Below are positions 62,127 through 64,000 of a stretch of 64,000 nt of DNA, in pieces; position 1 is the stretch's first letter; each line of letters begins with the position of its first letter. The translations under genes were made by a program, and so were the position numbers. This DNA comes from Candidatus Heimdallarchaeum endolithica (GTDB taxonomy: Archaea; Asgardarchaeota; Heimdallarchaeia; Heimdallarchaeales; Heimdallarchaeaceae): NCBI GenBank assembly GCA_021513715.1, contig CP084167.1, forward strand, positions 1,760,001 to 1,824,000, in the 5' to 3' direction. Below the pieces are notes generated by a model. It was not told where the DNA came from. It did no database searches and saw only the letters and a list, made by a program, of their open reading frames with translations.

Positions 62127-62558
62127 TCACTTTTTATCTTTTAAATGATCAAACCATTCTGGAAGTTTAATTTCATCTATTGGTACACTATCTCCAGGCA
62201 AATATGGCTTGATATCCAACACCGGAGTTCCATCTATAGCATCAATTCTATCGATAAATATTTTATTTCCTTCTATTTTCAGAACTTTAACTTTAGTCAA
62301 TCCAATAGGGTTAGGTCTAGCCGGACTGCGACAAGCGAAAACTCCTGTTTCCACCTCCACATCGAGATTTGGAGGATGAGCTAACACTTGTGAACGATCT
62401 TTAGATGTATCTCTCATTGAAATCCACCATAATACAAAAATATAGTTGAAAAATTGGAGATGCCTTAATCCTGGAGAATAATGTTTAGATAATTCAATAA
62501 AGCAAGAATCTTCTTCAATTCTAACTTTTCCAATTTGCTGTATTTTGAAATATGACAT
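62127..62558 (-). CDS. tsaA: TsaA/TrmO-like SAM-binding tRNA methyltransferase
   Basis: GVFACRSPARPNPIGL, DAIDGTPVLDIKPY. Confidence 0.88.
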   Translation of the reverse strand: MSYFKIQQIGKVRIEEDSCFIELSKHYSPGLRHLQFFNYIFVLWWISMRDTSKDRSQVLAHPPNLDVEVETGVFACRSPARPNPIGLTKVKVLKIEGNKIFIDRIDAIDGTPVLDIKPYLPGDSVPIDEIKLPEWFDHLKDKK

Positions 62559-62729
62559 AATGTCACTTTTTTCTCATTTCTTATCAAACTTTCTCTTTAA
62601 ATTTAGATTATAACTCTTTATTTGAAATGATTTACTTTTTTACTTAAATTTATGAGTATTACAAAAGTATATAGCAAAAAAAGACTATTTCAGTCTATTA
62701 TTTAGAAAAAAGGATAGGAGACGGATTAT

Positions 62730-62960
62730 TTGAAAATAGCAAGTAACCAATATTTAAATGATAGATTTGATATTAATCCCACCCAATCATTTGACGAAAA
62801 GCAGACTACAGAAACACTTATTGTTTTTCAATGTGCAGAATGTGGAACAAACTATTTTTTTCCACCGACAAGATGTAAACAAGTAAATTGCAATAATATT
62901 CACTTTAAGCCAATTATAGTTTCAGGGGTAGAAAAAGAAAAAATCTATAGCGGCTTTTAA
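62730..62960 (+). CDS. Small zinc-ribbon protein
   Basis: QCAECG..FFPP..C...C; GGAG upstream of a TTG start. Confidence 0.5.
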   Translation: MKIASNQYLNDRFDINPTQSFDEKQTTETLIVFQCAECGTNYFFPPTRCKQVNCNNIHFKPIIVSGVEKEKIYSGF

Positions 62961-63105
62961 TTAAAGCAAATTGTTTTATCTTAAAATCAAATAGTTTTTT
63001 TGTACTGGGGATTTTGTGAAAATAAACATAAATAATAAGCTTTAAAATTCAACTCCAAAACTTGCATTAACAACGAGATGTCGAAAGGAATCGTTGGTGA
63101 GTATA

Positions 63106-63735
63106 ATGACTAAGAGTATGTACAGATATATCTCAGATTTTTGGAAAAAAAGGAATAGTCCAGAATTTAAAGAATTAATGCGAAATAGGATTATTGCATG
63201 GAGAAGAGAAGGAGCTCTTCAAAGAATAGAAAGACCAACAAGAATAGACAGAGCGAGAGCTCTAGGTTATAAAGCAAAACAAGGATATATTGTTGTTCGT
63301 TCAAGAGTAAGACGAGGAGGAAGGAGAAAGAAGCGACCTGTTCGAGGAAGAAAATCTAGAAATTTAGGTGTAAACAAAATCACTCCAAAAAAGAGCATAA
63401 AATTAATTGCTGAAGAACGTGCAGCAAGAAAATATCCTAACTTAGAAGTCTTAAACAGCTACTGGGTAGGACAAGACGGTAGACATAAATGGTTTGAAAT
63501 AATCATGGTTGATCCTCAACATCCTGCGATAGCAAAAGATCATCGAACTTCCTGGTTATCAGACTTTGAATACAGAGGAGACAAAAAATATTACATAAAA
63601 CGTGGCAACCAAAGAGGAAGAGTGTTCAGAGGTAAAACAAGTTCTGGAAAGAAGATGAGAGGACAAAGGAAAAAAGGTATAGGAACTGAAAAGAACAGAC
63701 CTTCGTTAAGAAGACATCATCGAAGAGGAAATTAG
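63106..63735 (+). CDS. rpl15e: 50S ribosomal protein eL15
   Basis: [37 protein letters not shown]. Confidence 0.96.
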   Translation: MTKSMYRYISDFWKKRNSPEFKELMRNRIIAWRREGALQRIERPTRIDRARALGYKAKQGYIVVRSRVRRGGRRKKRPVRGRKSRNLGVNKITPKKSIKLIAEERAARKYPNLEVLNSYWVGQDGRHKWFEIIMVDPQHPAIAKDHRTSWLSDFEYRGDKKYYIKRGNQRGRVFRGKTSSGKKMRGQRKKGIGTEKNRPSLRRHHRRGN

Positions 63736-63789
63736 AAACTTTTTTCTATTTTATCATTTTTCTTTACACCAGATAATTGAGGGAAGCAA

Positions 63790-64000
63790 TTGACAATTGA
63801 AATAAATAGAATTGAACTCATTATGTCAGTTCACGCAACTGAAAGTATGAAAAAAAATGACCAAGTTTTAACAAATATTCTCTCTGAAGAGTTATTAAAA
63901 AAGAATAAAATAATTACGGAAGAATTTGAGGGAGGATATGGAAATCCAATAATCATAAAGAAAGTTGAACTAGCAAAAAAAAAAGACATAGAGGAATTTA
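63790..64000 (+). CDS. DUF54-like RNA-binding protein (partial; runs off window end)
   Basis: Manual translation from TTG 63790: ...SVHATES...EGGYGNPI; usual neighbour of rpl15e. Confidence 0.7.
   Translation, partial: MTIEINRIELIMSVHATESMKKNDQVLTNILSEELLKKNKIITEEFEGGYGNPIIIKKVELAKKKDIEEF

Overview
AT-rich archaeal chromosomal window, most consistent with an Asgard archaeon (Heimdallarchaeia-like). This is inferred from archaeal ribosomal, exosome and RFC genes plus eukaryote-signature proteins (a UEV-Vps23/37-like ESCRT-I protein and a RING finger). It is mostly housekeeping: a hsp20-cdc48-Phr/HSR1 heat-shock operon with a clear operator, tiaS, aIF5B, a short histone, rpoN, rps2, mvk-ipk, ndk-rpl24e-rps28e-rpl7ae, an intron-containing initiator tRNA-Met, rfcL, the exosome cluster, fpg, aglH, ABCE1 and rpl15e. 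Mobile DNA: two IS481-family copies with 16- and 17-bp target duplications (one frameshifted), a truncated tnpB with its downstream non-coding end, and a second orphan copy of that end. Best leads: (1) a Dna2-type Fe-S nuclease/SF1 helicase fused to a C-terminal RING finger, head-to-head with a PLD-family protein; (2) a local inversion of strand composition and codon usage centred on tRNA-iMet; (3) a coiled-coil/proline-repeat protein with a terminal amphipathic helix, near the Vps23-like gene; (4) a circularly permuted family-5 solute-binding protein; (5) a long acidic repeat tail on Rrp41. All family assignments come from motif recognition by eye; no searches were run.
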